64,000 bases of DNA from Promethearchaeota archaeon. Its GTDB lineage: Archaea > Asgardarchaeota > Lokiarchaeia > Sigyniarchaeales > SOKP01. The position numbers were made by a program, and so were the translations under genes. How positions within the stretch are numbered: position 1 is the stretch's first letter; every line of letters starts with the position of its first letter. Location of the stretch: NCBI GenBank assembly GCA_019058295.1, contig JAHPZI010000007.1, positions 47,465 to 111,464 of the forward strand, in the 5' to 3' direction. This document shows, piece by piece, positions 40,072-49,269 of the stretch. The notes beneath the pieces are model-generated. The model worked only from the letters and a program-made list of their open reading frames with translations. It was not told where the DNA came from and made no database searches.

Positions 40072-40866
40072 TTATTTTCCAATAAATTCAGGTTCTTTTT
40101 TATCGATTAATGCAGATACTCCAATTTTATAGTCTTCACTTTCCGCTGACTTAATCTGCATCTGTCTTTCATTCTCAAGATGTTCTTTAAATGGTGTATT
40201 AAGTGCGTCAAAAAATAATTCTTTCGTTCTCGCGAAAGTTAAAGTGGGGCCTCTGGCTAATTTTTGAGCCCATTGCAGAGTAACTTCTTCTAAATTTTCT
40301 GCTGGTACAATTTCATTTACAAATCCGAGTTCTTTCATTTGTTTAGCATTATATGTTTCTCCAAAAAAGGACATTTCTACTGCCTGTTGCCATGTAAGTT
40401 GACGACTTAATAAAATCGTTCCAGCAAAACCTGGAATTAAGGCAAGTTTAACAAAAGATTGTCTAAATCTCGCATATTCAGAAGCTATGATAAAATCACA
40501 TGAAAGCGCAAGATTCATCCCTGCACCCACAGCCCAGCCGTTCACGGCTGCTATAACTGGTTTTGGATAAAGACGTAAAACTAATGCGATTTTATAAAGT
40601 ACTCTAAGCAATTCATCCATTACCTGACCCGGATTGCCATCTTCAATACTAGCCTTAAATTGTTTTATATTACCACCTGCAGAAAAAGCTTTTCCTGAGC
40701 CGGTAATTATTACACATCTTACCTCGTTATTATTTCGAAGCGATTCTAAGGCATCTAATATTTGCTGCCCTGTCTCTTTATTTAATGGATTTGAATTCTC
40801 AGGATCATTAAATTTTATCGTTGCAATTTGATATTTAATTTCTAATTCAATTTTTTTTTCTGACAT
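40072..40866 (-). CDS. Enoyl-CoA hydratase/isomerase family (PaaG-like, lacks the usual catalytic carboxylates)
   Basis: AFSAGGN, AVGAGMNLALSCD, QSFVKLALIPG. Confidence 0.88.
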   Translation of the reverse strand: MSEKKIELEIKYQIATIKFNDPENSNPLNKETGQQILDALESLRNNNEVRCVIITGSGKAFSAGGNIKQFKASIEDGNPGQVMDELLRVLYKIALVLRLYPKPVIAAVNGWAVGAGMNLALSCDFIIASEYARFRQSFVKLALIPGFAGTILLSRQLTWQQAVEMSFFGETYNAKQMKELGFVNEIVPAENLEEVTLQWAQKLARGPTLTFARTKELFFDALNTPFKEHLENERQMQIKSAESEDYKIGVSALIDKKEPEFIGK

Positions 40867-40868
40867 TT

Positions 40869-42086
40869 TTATTTACCCCATAACCTAACCATTTCTCTTG
40901 TAATAAGATATTTCAAAATCTCTACAGTACCCGCAGAAATTTGTCCGATCTTGGCATCTCTATAATATCTTTCTAATGGATACTCTTCTGAATAACCAAT
41001 TCCACCTGAAACTTGAATTGCTTCTTGAGAAATCCTGACCATTGCATCTGCTAATCGAGCCTTTACAGCGGCAACTAGCGGTCTAGAATAATGACCCTCA
41101 TCGATCATTCGGGCTATTTGTATTAATGCCATTCGGTTCAATTCAATGTCAATAAACATATCGGCTAATTTAAATGATATTCCTTCAAATGAATATATTG
41201 GTTTTTTAAATTGTACTCGTTTGTGTGAGTATTTATAAGCTACTTCAAATGCACTTCTTGCTAAACCAAGATATTGAGATGCAGTAAAAGTTCGTTCTCC
41301 ATCAAGCCCGAATAATAATACATCTAGCCCTTGATTTTCTTTATGAAGTAAATTTTCTGCTGGTACCTTACAATTATTGAATCGCAGATAGGAGTTCGGC
41401 ATTCCTCTGCGGCCCATATGTTTGTAATCCTTTACGACCTCAAATCCAGGTGTATCTGTCTCGAAAATAAAAGCAGATATCCCTTGATGACGTTTAACCT
41501 GATCATTTGTAACTGCGTAAAGGCATATATAATCGGCAAAACTGCCATTTGTAATAAATGTTTTATGCCCATTAAGCACATAATAATCGCCTTCTTTCAC
41601 AGCTCGTAATTGCATACCACTAACAGCATCAGAACCTCCTGTCTCTTCTGTGATTCCTATTGCACCTAATTTTGTACCATCAGCAATTCCAGAAAGGTAT
41701 TTTTTTTGTTGTTCATAAGATCCAAATTCTATAATGGGACCTGCAAATAAACATGAGGAGGCTCCAAATATACTTGCTATGGCATAACTAAAAGCAGATA
41801 ATTCTTCACCAAAAATACATCTATATAAAAGCCCTTTACCTTGTCCCCCTGCATCCTTTGGAACAATAATATCCAAATATGGCATTTTTTTTAAAGTTTC
41901 CACTGCTAACTGTTTATCTCGATTTTGATCAATTTTTTCTACCACTGGTTCAATATTATCTCTGCACCATTCTCGCACCTCCATGCGAAAATCATTTTCC
42001 TCTTTAGTAAAATAATGCAATCTATCGGGCATACATGAATACCCATATTCTAAATTCAAATCTTCAAATTTAACATGTCCTTCCAT
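40869..42086 (-). CDS. Acyl-CoA dehydrogenase
   Basis: ITEETGGSD, LNGHKTFITNG, RVQFKKPI, GGIGY, RDAK. Confidence 0.95.
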   Translation of the reverse strand: MEGHVKFEDLNLEYGYSCMPDRLHYFTKEENDFRMEVREWCRDNIEPVVEKIDQNRDKQLAVETLKKMPYLDIIVPKDAGGQGKGLLYRCIFGEELSAFSYAIASIFGASSCLFAGPIIEFGSYEQQKKYLSGIADGTKLGAIGITEETGGSDAVSGMQLRAVKEGDYYVLNGHKTFITNGSFADYICLYAVTNDQVKRHQGISAFIFETDTPGFEVVKDYKHMGRRGMPNSYLRFNNCKVPAENLLHKENQGLDVLLFGLDGERTFTASQYLGLARSAFEVAYKYSHKRVQFKKPIYSFEGISFKLADMFIDIELNRMALIQIARMIDEGHYSRPLVAAVKARLADAMVRISQEAIQVSGGIGYSEEYPLERYYRDAKIGQISAGTVEILKYLITREMVRLWGK

Positions 42087-42332
42087 AAAATTCTCACATA
42101 CAGTTGTAATACGTATAAATTTTTATGATTTATTAATTATTTTTTAAATTTTGATAATAATTAAATTAATTTAATATTTGAGATTCATTAGAAATTATTT
42201 ATCTAACTGTAAATCTTCATCGATAATTCATAAAAATAAATTTATATATATATTAAACTTAGAAATACTAAATAAAGCAAATCTAGATCCTATTCACTTA
42301 AAGAAGTAAAACCAAATAAGGTTAAATGGAAA

Positions 42333-44198
42333 ATGATAAATGGAAAAGAGGCACCAAGAGTTAAAAGAATTTCTAAAGAAGAGTTGGAAGAGTTAAAAAA
42401 TGAGGGATACGTTATTTTTTCCTCCCATAATCACTCAAATTTTTCAGATGGTGCGGATTACCACGAAGTAATTGATACTCTTGTTAAATTTGGAGTAAAT
42501 CTAATTGCATTAACCGATCATAATAATATACGAGTGGCTAAACATGCAAAAGCTTATATTAAAGATAAATACCCTGAATGTGGTTATCTCATTGGGGAAG
42601 AAATAAGTAGTAATCATGGGGATGTTCTTGCTTATGGATTGCAGAATGAAATCCCTGTCGATGAGGAAGAAAAACCTTCTGTCAAAGATGTTATCGAAGC
42701 AATCCACAAACAAGGCGGATTAGCCGTCGTTGCCCACCCATACCATCCTGGGGAAGGAATCTTTAGAACCTTCGGTGGGCTTAAAAACTCGAAAATTAAA
42801 AATTTAAACTTTGACGGAATAGAATTTTACCATGCAGATCTCCCACCCTTCCTAAATTATATGTGTTCTACACTTTTAAAGTTACGACCACAAATGTTTG
42901 TTTTAGGATCCGATGATGCACATACTGTCCATCAAATCGGTCGTTATTTCAATTTAATTGGACCTAATATTGGTGATGTTCACAATATTGACGAGATTTT
43001 TAACACTTTGAAGCAAGGAAATACAACAGTTCTTGAACTTATGGGATGGACTGCTAGACCTTTTCACATGCTCCCAGGTTTTATTGATCTCTTATTTAAA
43101 AAGGGATTAAAAAGAATCAATGCTTTTGCAGGAATTTATGGTCTCTTTAAAGGAATCCATTTTCAGCATGAATCATTGGGATGGAATCCAATTACGCCTC
43201 AAGAATTTAAAGTTCTTCTTCAGCAGATAATACAGACAATGAACATTAACACAATTCGGCTTGATGCTATGCGGCCCAAAACCAACGCATATGATTTTGC
43301 GTTAGTGGCAAAAGAACTTGGATTAAATGTTATTCTAAATCCAAAATTCGTTTATCCAAGGGGTCTTGAAAATCCTCAATTAGACCGTTCACTCACATAT
43401 GATGATTTTGAAGATTTTTGTTTAAACCATGCACAGAGGGCACAAGACGCTGGTGTCGATATTTTTTGCATTGGAAATGAACTCACTCTCGAATTGAGTG
43501 ATGATAAGTCAGGTCATATAGAAAGATTCAATCCAGAATTTTTCACACAATTTACCCCTTCCTTATTAGAAATGATTCCAGGTTTGGGTACCACGCGCCT
43601 TGCTAAAATAGGTAAAGGGAAAAAGAAGGAACATAAAATCACTGCTTATTTAGAGAAATTGTCCGAAAAAGTAAGAGAATACTATGACGGAATGGTTTCC
43701 TATGCTTCAGGTGCTTGGGAAATTCGAGAAGTTCCTTGGAAGAACTTTGATATCATTAGTTGCAACCTATATTTTAGTGATATATTCTTAGAATTTATCG
43801 AGGATTTCCCTAAACTAATAATTAAAATTTTAAAAGGCAGTCCCTCTAGCCGAGCGGCCCATCTTTTTAGACAAAACATCCAATATCTCAAGACCTTTAA
43901 AAAACCCGTTATTATATCGGAATTGGGCTTTCAAACAGTTTCTAATTCAATCTGCGTTGGTCCGATGCCTGTCCAATATCATAAAGATTTTGATAGATTT
44001 GAATTTGATGAATCAGCTCAAGCTCAGGCGTTCGCTGAAGTTTTTAAACTGTTGAAAAAAGATATTTTTGTTAATGGTGTAATTATTCATGAATGGAGTG
44101 ACCACATAGATAAAGGATTTGGATTAACAAAACTCGATAATACCCAAAAATTATCATGTGAAGTAATATCAGATTTCTTCAAAACATGGAAGATCTAA
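42333..44198 (+). CDS. PHP-domain phosphoesterase fused to a clan GH-A-like glycoside hydrolase TIM barrel
   Basis: SHNHS..SDG, LTDHN, AHP, GSDDAH; then IGNEL (acid/base) and ISELGF (nucleophile), C-terminal FGL. Confidence 0.72.
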   Translation: MINGKEAPRVKRISKEELEELKNEGYVIFSSHNHSNFSDGADYHEVIDTLVKFGVNLIALTDHNNIRVAKHAKAYIKDKYPECGYLIGEEISSNHGDVLAYGLQNEIPVDEEEKPSVKDVIEAIHKQGGLAVVAHPYHPGEGIFRTFGGLKNSKIKNLNFDGIEFYHADLPPFLNYMCSTLLKLRPQMFVLGSDDAHTVHQIGRYFNLIGPNIGDVHNIDEIFNTLKQGNTTVLELMGWTARPFHMLPGFIDLLFKKGLKRINAFAGIYGLFKGIHFQHESLGWNPITPQEFKVLLQQIIQTMNINTIRLDAMRPKTNAYDFALVAKELGLNVILNPKFVYPRGLENPQLDRSLTYDDFEDFCLNHAQRAQDAGVDIFCIGNELTLELSDDKSGHIERFNPEFFTQFTPSLLEMIPGLGTTRLAKIGKGKKKEHKITAYLEKLSEKVREYYDGMVSYASGAWEIREVPWKNFDIISCNLYFSDIFLEFIEDFPKLIIKILKGSPSSRAAHLFRQNIQYLKTFKKPVIISELGFQTVSNSICVGPMPVQYHKDFDRFEFDESAQAQAFAEVFKLLKKDIFVNGVIIHEWSDHIDKGFGLTKLDNTQKLSCEVISDFFKTWKI

Positions 44199-44894
44199 AC
44201 AATTTATTATAGCAGAAACAAAACTATTAATAAAAATTTTAGTCAAAGATCGCGATTCTCTGATATGTTTAGCAACTTCGAGTTGATAAGCATTGACGAG
44301 TCTTTTTTCATAAAACTGATGAGTAATGTACCCTCCACTATAACTAAGATTAAAATCTGTAATTCCAAGCCCATCGTCTATGGAAAAATTTTTAGATAAT
44401 GACTTAACCATTTCATTAAATCCCCAAAATTTTTTATCATTTTGTATTTTTAGAGTTTTGCCGAATAAATTTCCGAAGATTATATCTGGATAATCTTCAC
44501 TTGGTTTAGTAAATCCGTGCAAATCTATAAATAAACATTTTTTAAATTTATCAACACATTCTTGATAAAATTTCTGAATCTGCTCGTGATATTTATGATG
44601 AATTTGTTTCGCTTCAGACGAATGATGATTAAAAGCAGCAAAAGCTCTTGGGGGGCGATTAAAATCTATTTTACTTCTGTGAATTTTACTTAAAATATAA
44701 TAAATCTGAATTCCAAACTTCTCAAATATAACTTGAATTATCCTTTTTGATATAAGAAATTTATTTTTATCTGCAATTTTAATCCCCTTTAATTTGTCAG
44801 GTATATTTTTTGGTTTTAAAAAACCACCATGGGGGCACGATAAAATAATTGGGACAGATCCCTTGCTTATTATAAAATATTTTTCTAAATTCAA
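44169..44894 (-). CDS. N-formylglutamate amidohydrolase-like Zn hydrolase (start probably TTG 44894)
   Basis: IILSCPHGG, IDFNR, YH, IDLHG, SGGYIT, QLE. Confidence 0.75.
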   Translation of the reverse strand: MNLEKYFIISKGSVPIILSCPHGGFLKPKNIPDKLKGIKIADKNKFLISKRIIQVIFEKFGIQIYYILSKIHRSKIDFNRPPRAFAAFNHHSSEAKQIHHKYHEQIQKFYQECVDKFKKCLFIDLHGFTKPSEDYPDIIFGNLFGKTLKIQNDKKFWGFNEMVKSLSKNFSIDDGLGITDFNLSYSGGYITHQFYEKRLVNAYQLEVAKHIRESRSLTKIFINSFVSAIINCLDLPCFEEI

Positions 44895-44958
44895 GATCTT
44901 TCTTAATAATTTAAAAACACAATCAAAAAAAAAAGATTTGAAAAAATTAATTTTCTTA

Positions 44959-45393
44959 TTAAATAGTATCCAAAAAGGCAATAAATACATTTTGAGATGC
45001 TTCTGGAAGATCAGAAATTGCCTTCTGTACTTTTTCCTTAAATTCTTCAACTGTTTTGGCATCCCTTAGAATGTAGTTATCAACATCTTGAAATATTTTA
45101 ACAATCTTTCCATATGCGCCTATTAATTGGTCAAGATTTTTACTTATTGCAATCTTCCACTCTTGATCGGGCATATCTTTATCTTTCTTATCCTTGTCTT
45201 CCTTATCCTTGTCCTTCTTATCTTTATCTTTTTTATCTTTGTCCTTCTTATCTTTATCCTTCTTATCCTTATCTTTTTTATCCTTGTCTTCCTTATCCTT
45301 GTCCTTTTTATCTTTATCTTTCTTATCTTTGTCTTTCTTATCTTTATCTTTCTTATCCTTATCTTTCTTATCTTTTTCTTTTTCTTTTCCCAT
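44959..45393 (-). CDS. Hypothetical protein with N-terminal (KKDKD)13 tract and helical C-terminal domain
   Basis: Repeat codons vary at synonymous positions; a normal helical domain follows. Confidence 0.65.
   Translation of the reverse strand: MGKEKEKDKKDKDKKDKDKKDKDKKDKDKKDKDKEDKDKKDKDKKDKDKKDKDKKDKDKKDKDKEDKDKKDKDMPDQEWKIAISKNLDQLIGAYGKIVKIFQDVDNYILRDAKTVEEFKEKVQKAISDLPEASQNVFIAFLDTI
45175..45369 (-). repeat. 15-nt coding tandem repeat, 13 units (K[K/E]DKD)
   Basis: Read directly; KEDKD variants at units 6 and 12. Confidence 0.9.
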
Positions 45394-45637
45394 TTTCTTT
45401 TCCCATAAGAATTTTTTAGAAATTGTGTTAATTCAAATAATAGAAAAAGAGATATTTAATATTTTAGATTCTTGGATTAATTTTAATCCAATTTTTGATT
45501 TTATATCTTTCAAATATAACTTATTATTCTTTTGTCAAAATTTTATATTTTATTATAGAAATCTTTTTTAATAGTTTTAATTTTTCTAATGCAAATTATT
45601 AAATGTACAAAATACCGTATAAGATAGGTTAGGGATA

Positions 45638-45928
45638 TTGATTTTAGATGATTTAATAGGATTCTTAAAGAAAAAAGGATTTCGAGATACATTCCAAGTG
45701 CTTACGCAGTTTAAGAATAATAAAACAGACAAACACACGTTTTATAATGAATTGAATAAATTTAGTTATTACAATTCATATTTTCGAGTTAAGGAAGATT
45801 TAATTAAAAAAGGATTACTCTCAATTAAAAAAATTAATAAAAAAAAGTATATACAGCTCACAAAAAAGGGATTGGAAGTATATAATAAATTAATTGAGAT
45901 AAATGAATTAATTGGGAATCATTCATAA
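45638..45928 (+). CDS. Small winged-helix DNA-binding protein
   Basis: LIKKGLL...YIQLTKKGLEVY wing motif. Confidence 0.65.
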   Translation: MILDDLIGFLKKKGFRDTFQVLTQFKNNKTDKHTFYNELNKFSYYNSYFRVKEDLIKKGLLSIKKINKKKYIQLTKKGLEVYNKLIEINELIGNHS

Positions 45929-45992
45929 AGATAATTGAAAAATCTTTTACTTAATTAAAAATATTTAGCTGTACTTGTTTAGTTTTTTTATT

Positions 45993-46628
45993 ATGATTCT
46001 ATTAAAGCTTATTGTGGGGGCGCTTGCAACTAATTGCTATATCTTTGGTTCAGATACGACAAAAGAAGTTGTTATTATTGATCCCGGGGCAGAAGGTAAT
46101 ACTATTATTAAAGCAGTAGAAGACCTTGGAGTAAAACCAATTGCAGTTCTTTTAACTCATTGTCACTTCGACCATACTATGAAAGTCGGACAGATTATTA
46201 GACATTTTAAAATTCCATTAATGTATAATAGAAAAGAATTAGATTCAGGCGGATTCGCTAACTTTAAAAAAGCTGATAAATGGTTATCTGAAGGTGATTC
46301 TATCAAAATAGGTGAATTTGACCTCCATATTTTGGATACGCCAGGCCATAGTTTAGGGGGTTTAAGCTTTTATTCTAAAGATGTTAGAGAATTCAATGGA
46401 AAAAAAATTGATGGAATTATATTTACAGGAGATTTAATATTCCGCAGAAGCATAGGGAGGTCCGATATAGGTGGTGGTGATCAAAATCAATTATTTTTTA
46501 GTATAAAAAATAAAATTATGTATAATCCTGAATTATCAGATAATTTTATTATATTTCCCGGTCATATGGGCAGTACTTCAATTGGAGAGGAACGTAAATT
46601 AAATTTATTTAAAAAGTTTTTCTTATAA
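45993..46628 (+). CDS. MBL-fold metallohydrolase (glyoxalase II-like)
   Basis: TNCY, IDPG, THCHFDH, TPGHS, FTGD, FPGH. Confidence 0.92.
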   Translation: MILLKLIVGALATNCYIFGSDTTKEVVIIDPGAEGNTIIKAVEDLGVKPIAVLLTHCHFDHTMKVGQIIRHFKIPLMYNRKELDSGGFANFKKADKWLSEGDSIKIGEFDLHILDTPGHSLGGLSFYSKDVREFNGKKIDGIIFTGDLIFRRSIGRSDIGGGDQNQLFFSIKNKIMYNPELSDNFIIFPGHMGSTSIGEERKLNLFKKFFL

Positions 46629-46640
46629 TGAAACTGTGAA

Positions 46641-47078
46641 TTATTTTACAATTTTAATTTTATCTAAAAAATATTCTACTTTATTTCCTTTTCCAAGCTG
46701 CTCACTTATTGTTTCAATAAAAGATTCCATTTTTTTTTTCTTTATAATTTCCTCAGAAGAGAAACTCCCCGTAAATCTCTCTAAGAACACATTCATTAGA
46801 TTTGTTAAAACGTGTTTAATTTTTTTAGGTTTAGTGTCTTTTTTACATTTAATCGCAAAACCGATTTTTGTTAATTTATCCCTTGTGTGAAAGAATTTAA
46901 TATTCCCAAATTCTAATACGTTTACTTCTTCTTCTCCAATATTTAAAGCAATTGTTTCCACTACAGATAAAAAGTCGCCTAAATAATCGGAATCAAATGT
47001 GGAGCCCTCTAAATTTTCTAGAGAGAATATTAATCCCCCATCACCGCTAAATATATAAGCGCCGTCAATCTCTTTCAT
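46641..47078 (-). CDS. Longin-like domain protein
   Basis: AYIFSGDGGLIFS hairpin, LGDFLSVV helix, beta-meander, helix ending FLERF. Confidence 0.7.
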   Translation of the reverse strand: MKEIDGAYIFSGDGGLIFSLENLEGSTFDSDYLGDFLSVVETIALNIGEEEVNVLEFGNIKFFHTRDKLTKIGFAIKCKKDTKPKKIKHVLTNLMNVFLERFTGSFSSEEIIKKKKMESFIETISEQLGKGNKVEYFLDKIKIVK

Positions 47079-47170
47079 AAACTAAAATCTTTTTTAAAAA
47101 AATGTGATGTCTAAAATATATTTTGAATCATTACCTATAAATATTTATTCAGATTGATTAATAATGATTC

Positions 47171-48118
47171 TCACATCGTCAACGGACTTAAAAATAAATT
47201 CTGACCACTATTTTCTGAAAAATCTTCTTGCTTCCATAGTTCGATTTTCTTATGGTTTATTAGGTGTAAAATACAAAGTAAAGCTTCAACAAGTGCCTTT
47301 GCTGTGGGTTGGCGGACTAATTTTAAAAATTGTATTGGTTCCTCTTTATCTTTATATTGCTTTTTTAGAGTTTCATAAAATTTATTTATTCGATTCTCAA
47401 AATTCGCCCTTTTCTTTTCAGCATTAGCAATAAAGTTCTCAGGTAATAAAGGCAATTTTGATTTATCTAGAATATGATCTCTATTTTTTTTAGCTCTACT
47501 TGTTGTATCTTTCCTTGTAAATACATTATTTAAAGCATCAGCAAGATCTTTTAATTCCACTTTTTTATAGATTAATTTTGGTGGATTATTTAATTTTTCA
47601 ATTCTATTTTTTATTTCCTCATTTAAATCAGAGACATCTAATTTCAAAACTCTTTTAATTTTTTCTTCCTTTAATAACTCCTTTTCTTTTTCAGATAATA
47701 AATTCTTGGATTCTAATTCAGCAAAGGCTTCAAATAATTCGCCTTCCTCATCATAATCTTCAGAAAGAATAAGGTTATCTTCTTCATTCATTTCATTAGC
47801 TTGAGTTTCCATAATGTCTTCTTGAGTTTCTAATGAGGCATTGATAATGGTGCTCGTTTTAGTCTTAAGAACATAAGTAGATGAATTGAGTATTTTCCCG
47901 CTTACTTTAAATTTTATATTTTGTTTAAAATCATTAATATCATCTATAAATCCGCGTAGCATAGATTTGAGCTCATAACCCCATAAATTACGCTTAACAC
48001 TTTTAGTTAAGGCCTGATGGTTTAAAAGTGTACTATAGTTATTAGATTGTAAATAAGTATCCTGAGAAATTCGATTTTCTAAATTTTTACTTGAATTAGC
48101 AGAGTTGAATTGTATCAT
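47171..48118 (-). CDS. ScpA-like kleisin
   Basis: N-terminal FKVSGKILNSSTYVLKTKT, acidic linker, VELKDLADAL, C-terminal winged helix ALLCILHLINHKKIELWKQEDF. Confidence 0.72.
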   Translation of the reverse strand: MIQFNSANSSKNLENRISQDTYLQSNNYSTLLNHQALTKSVKRNLWGYELKSMLRGFIDDINDFKQNIKFKVSGKILNSSTYVLKTKTSTIINASLETQEDIMETQANEMNEEDNLILSEDYDEEGELFEAFAELESKNLLSEKEKELLKEEKIKRVLKLDVSDLNEEIKNRIEKLNNPPKLIYKKVELKDLADALNNVFTRKDTTSRAKKNRDHILDKSKLPLLPENFIANAEKKRANFENRINKFYETLKKQYKDKEEPIQFLKLVRQPTAKALVEALLCILHLINHKKIELWKQEDFSENSGQNLFLSPLTM

Positions 48119-48383
48119 ATATAAAACTCTTTTAGCTTAATTTATAAGAATACAATATGTAAATATAGAATGAATATTTATTGAAGAGAATTTCAATTAT
48201 CGTAATATCCACGTAATATTGAACAGAATTTCGACTTTCAAAATTATTTAAATAACGGAAAATTAATAAATAAAAATCTTAAATTGAAAAAATAATTAAT
48301 AAACATTTTTTTAAATACTAAATCTATTATATTATATAATAAATCAAGACATTTTTTTTTCAGAATAATAAAGTGAAATTAGT

Positions 48384-48668
48384 ATGATTGATACGAACGA
48401 AGTAAAAGCCATCATCAGAAGGTTTGAGGAAAAGGAGGGTGTTAGAGGGGTGATTATCTGCGACTCAAGTGGGTTACCAATAAAGGCTAATCTGCCGACT
48501 GAACAAACAGAGGAAGTTAGTGCGTATATAACATCCTTGATTGGCAAATCTCGTCAATGTGTTGATGCCTTAAAAGAGGGGTCTTTAAAGTTTATAAGAT
48601 TAGAGACTAGCAAGGGAGAAGTAATGATCGCTCTGGAAGAGCAATTAATCTTGATAATCTTAAAGTAA
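48384..48668 (+). CDS. Roadblock/LC7 domain protein
   Basis: EGVRGVIICDSSGLPIKA, LKFIRLETSKGEVMIA. Confidence 0.9.
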   Translation: MIDTNEVKAIIRRFEEKEGVRGVIICDSSGLPIKANLPTEQTEEVSAYITSLIGKSRQCVDALKEGSLKFIRLETSKGEVMIALEEQLILIILK

Positions 48669-48825
48669 AATTGACCTTTTTTTTACACTACTATTTTTAA
48701 TATAAATCGGATTCTTGAAAAGTTTAAAAAGTTTAAATTTATTTTTACATAAAGATATATATATAATTAATTAAGATAATTTCTTCACTAAATTTAAATA
48801 AAATAATTCAAAGAGAAGCATTTCG

Positions 48826-49179
48826 ATGAGTAAACAGGAAATTGAAAAAAAATTAGCAGAATTAATGGATATCGTTCCTGAATGTGAGGGATTAATCGCT
48901 GCAGATGCTAAAACAGGAAAGGTAATTGTAGGGCAAACAATTACGGAAATGGACCATGAAAAGATAGCGAAAGCTTGTACAGCAATTATTAAAGATTCAA
49001 ATACATTAGGTACGGATATTAATAAAGGGGGGTTGAAAAACACAACTATAGAATTAGAGGAAGGATTTGCTGTTCTCGTGGGCTCTGAAAAAGTTGTTCT
49101 TATTGCTTTGGCTGGAACTGATGGGGGATCGTCTCTGGGACTTCTTAAGCGAAATTTGATTTCGATTTCTAATCTCTAA
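48826..49179 (+). CDS. Roadblock/LAMTOR-like protein
   Basis: LAELMDIVPECEGLIAAD..GKVI, G.LKNTTIELEEG, SLGLL. Confidence 0.82.
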   Translation: MSKQEIEKKLAELMDIVPECEGLIAADAKTGKVIVGQTITEMDHEKIAKACTAIIKDSNTLGTDINKGGLKNTTIELEEGFAVLVGSEKVVLIALAGTDGGSSLGLLKRNLISISNL

Positions 49180-49269
49180 TACAACTCCTTATTTAATCTT
49201 TTTTTATAAAAATTTAAATCAATAAAAATAAGACCTCCTCAAAGAAGGATCTGGGTATTATTATATTTT

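Noticed and set aside
44895-45062. N-terminal 56 aa of the 297-aa ORF
   Set aside because: Overlaps the upstream gene out of frame; family similarity begins near TTG 44894.
45114-45571. Plus-strand hydrophobic or SLSFL-repeat ORFs, or a CRISPR array
   Set aside because: Antisense shadows of the KKDKD repeat; the units are contiguous with no spacers.
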